Below are positions 62,528 to 64,000 of a stretch of 64,000 bases of DNA, in pieces. The notes beneath the pieces were generated by a model. It ran no database searches. It was not told the DNA's origin and worked only from the letters and a program-made list of their open reading frames with translations. The stretch is from assembly GCF_006345805.1 (NCBI RefSeq), contig NC_043020.1, positions 28,706,001 to 28,770,000 on the forward strand. Direction: 5' to 3'. A program made the position numbers and the translations under genes. The number at the start of each line of letters is the position of its first letter. The first letter of the stretch is position 1. The DNA comes from Octopus sinensis (lineage: Eukaryota).

Positions 62528-64000
62528 GCAGCAGCTAGTGAGAATGTCAGATGCATTTTGGCTTTGTCGATGATGTGTTCACAAAGACAGACATGCCCAG
62601 ACGAGATTTGTTGCCTCTGATGTAGGAAACGGTGTAGAATGCATTCACTGATACGCTGAACAACTGCTGGGGTGAATAAATAATCTGGTGGATGCAACTG
62701 AACCAGTATTAAATTAAAACAGCCATTGTGCTAAACACAGCACATCCAGTAGAGATTTTACCTCAGATGAAAACCACAGCATCTTGCCTGTCAGCAATGT
62801 ATATACATCATGTATGATACATAGGTAGCTTTTTTGATCTAAAACAACATCAGTTGTGTACACTTGACATTGAACAGAATGTATTTGCTATTAACAATAT
62901 GCATACCACAGATGCATGTAAGCATTTCTTATCTTTCGATATGACGTATGGATGGTTAAAAGACATGTTGGACTTGGCTATGAACGTTGTGGGTTACCAT
63001 TGTGAGAATTTCTAGACAGGGCTTGGTTAATTGATATGCGGTTTAACCTACGTGCTGTTACATATTAAAACAAACTCTGAACTGTGTTTGATAAACATTT
63101 ATTTATATATATGTGCTTATCGCAATATTTACATAATTATACAGATGCTAATCAGGGCTATGTTGTGGCCTGTCAGCAGTAAATGAAGTTTAATTATGAC
63201 AGATAAGAATGGCTTCATGTGAGAGGTGGGGAAATACTATTCGTAGCTTCGATCAACATCAATGGAAATTGTAGCTGTGATACCAGTGCCGATGGCACGT
63301 AAGAGAACCATCTGAACGTGGCTGTTGCCAGTGCCGCCCCGACTGGCCTCCATGTTGGTGGCATGTAAAATGCACCATCCGATTGTGGCCGTTGCCAGCC
63401 TCATCTGGCCCCGTGCCGGTGGCACGTAAAAAGCACCCACTACACTCAAGGAGGGTTGGCGTTAGGAAGGGTATCCAGCCATAGAAACACTGCCAGATCA
63501 GACTGGGCCTAGCGCAGCCTTCTGGCTTCTCAGACCCCAGTTGAACCGTCCAACCCATGCTAGCATGGAAAACGGACGTTAAACGATGATGATGATGATG
63601 ATGATAGTCAATGACTCCTTTAACTCAGGGTTGAATAGCAACCAAGGAACCAGCTTTCTTATGGACTTGTCCGTATCACCTATGTGCACTTCTGATTAAG
63701 AACTGACTAGCTGCTTATTTATATGTGGCAAGAGGTAATGATATGGTGTTCATGGTACATGCTTGGAGAAGTGCATTGTAGATGAAGAGATTCATTTAAA
63801 CACAAGTCAAGCAGACCCCCCACCACCACACTACAAAACTTCAGGCCTTGTACTAACAGTGGAGAGGCTTATCATTATTATTATTCCACCAAGGTCGACT
63901 TTATTTTTCATCCATTCAGGGGTCGATAAATTAAGTACCAGTTGCATACTGGGGTTGATGCGATTGACTGGTCCCCTTCCCTGAAATTTCAGGCATTGTG

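Noticed and set aside
62762-62838. Candidate upstream OTULIN exon
   Set aside because: The only open frame ends in phase 0, but phase 1 is needed to join 60808; no PIM-like motif.

Overview
Repeat-dense animal genomic DNA. The SINE/LINE families and microsatellite load suggest an octopus or other coleoid cephalopod (inference). I reconstructed three spliced genes by hand, all on the minus strand: complete MYCBP (5 coding exons, 26438->2291, 105 aa; intron 3 has a U12-type donor), complete HAUS2-like augmin subunit (6 coding exons, 49322->35021, 213 aa; exon 2 present twice in a 1.03-kb tandem duplication), and the 3' five exons of an OTULIN-like deubiquitinase with an intact Cys-His-Asn triad (60808->55577; 5' end not found). 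The rest is tRNA-derived SINEs, RTE/RTEX/CR1 LINE pieces, Penelope-like remnants, Tc1/mariner relics, MITEs and microsatellites. Most ORFs in the supplied track are repeat artefacts. The most unusual signal is an RTE LINE family with a C4HC3 PHD-type finger inserted inside its reverse transcriptase and a 3' UTR carrying a variable-copy array of ~62-nt units that can be drawn as compact H-type pseudoknots. Exon coordinates were checked for frame and splice sites; repeat boundaries are approximate. Homology calls come from recalled sequences, not database searches.
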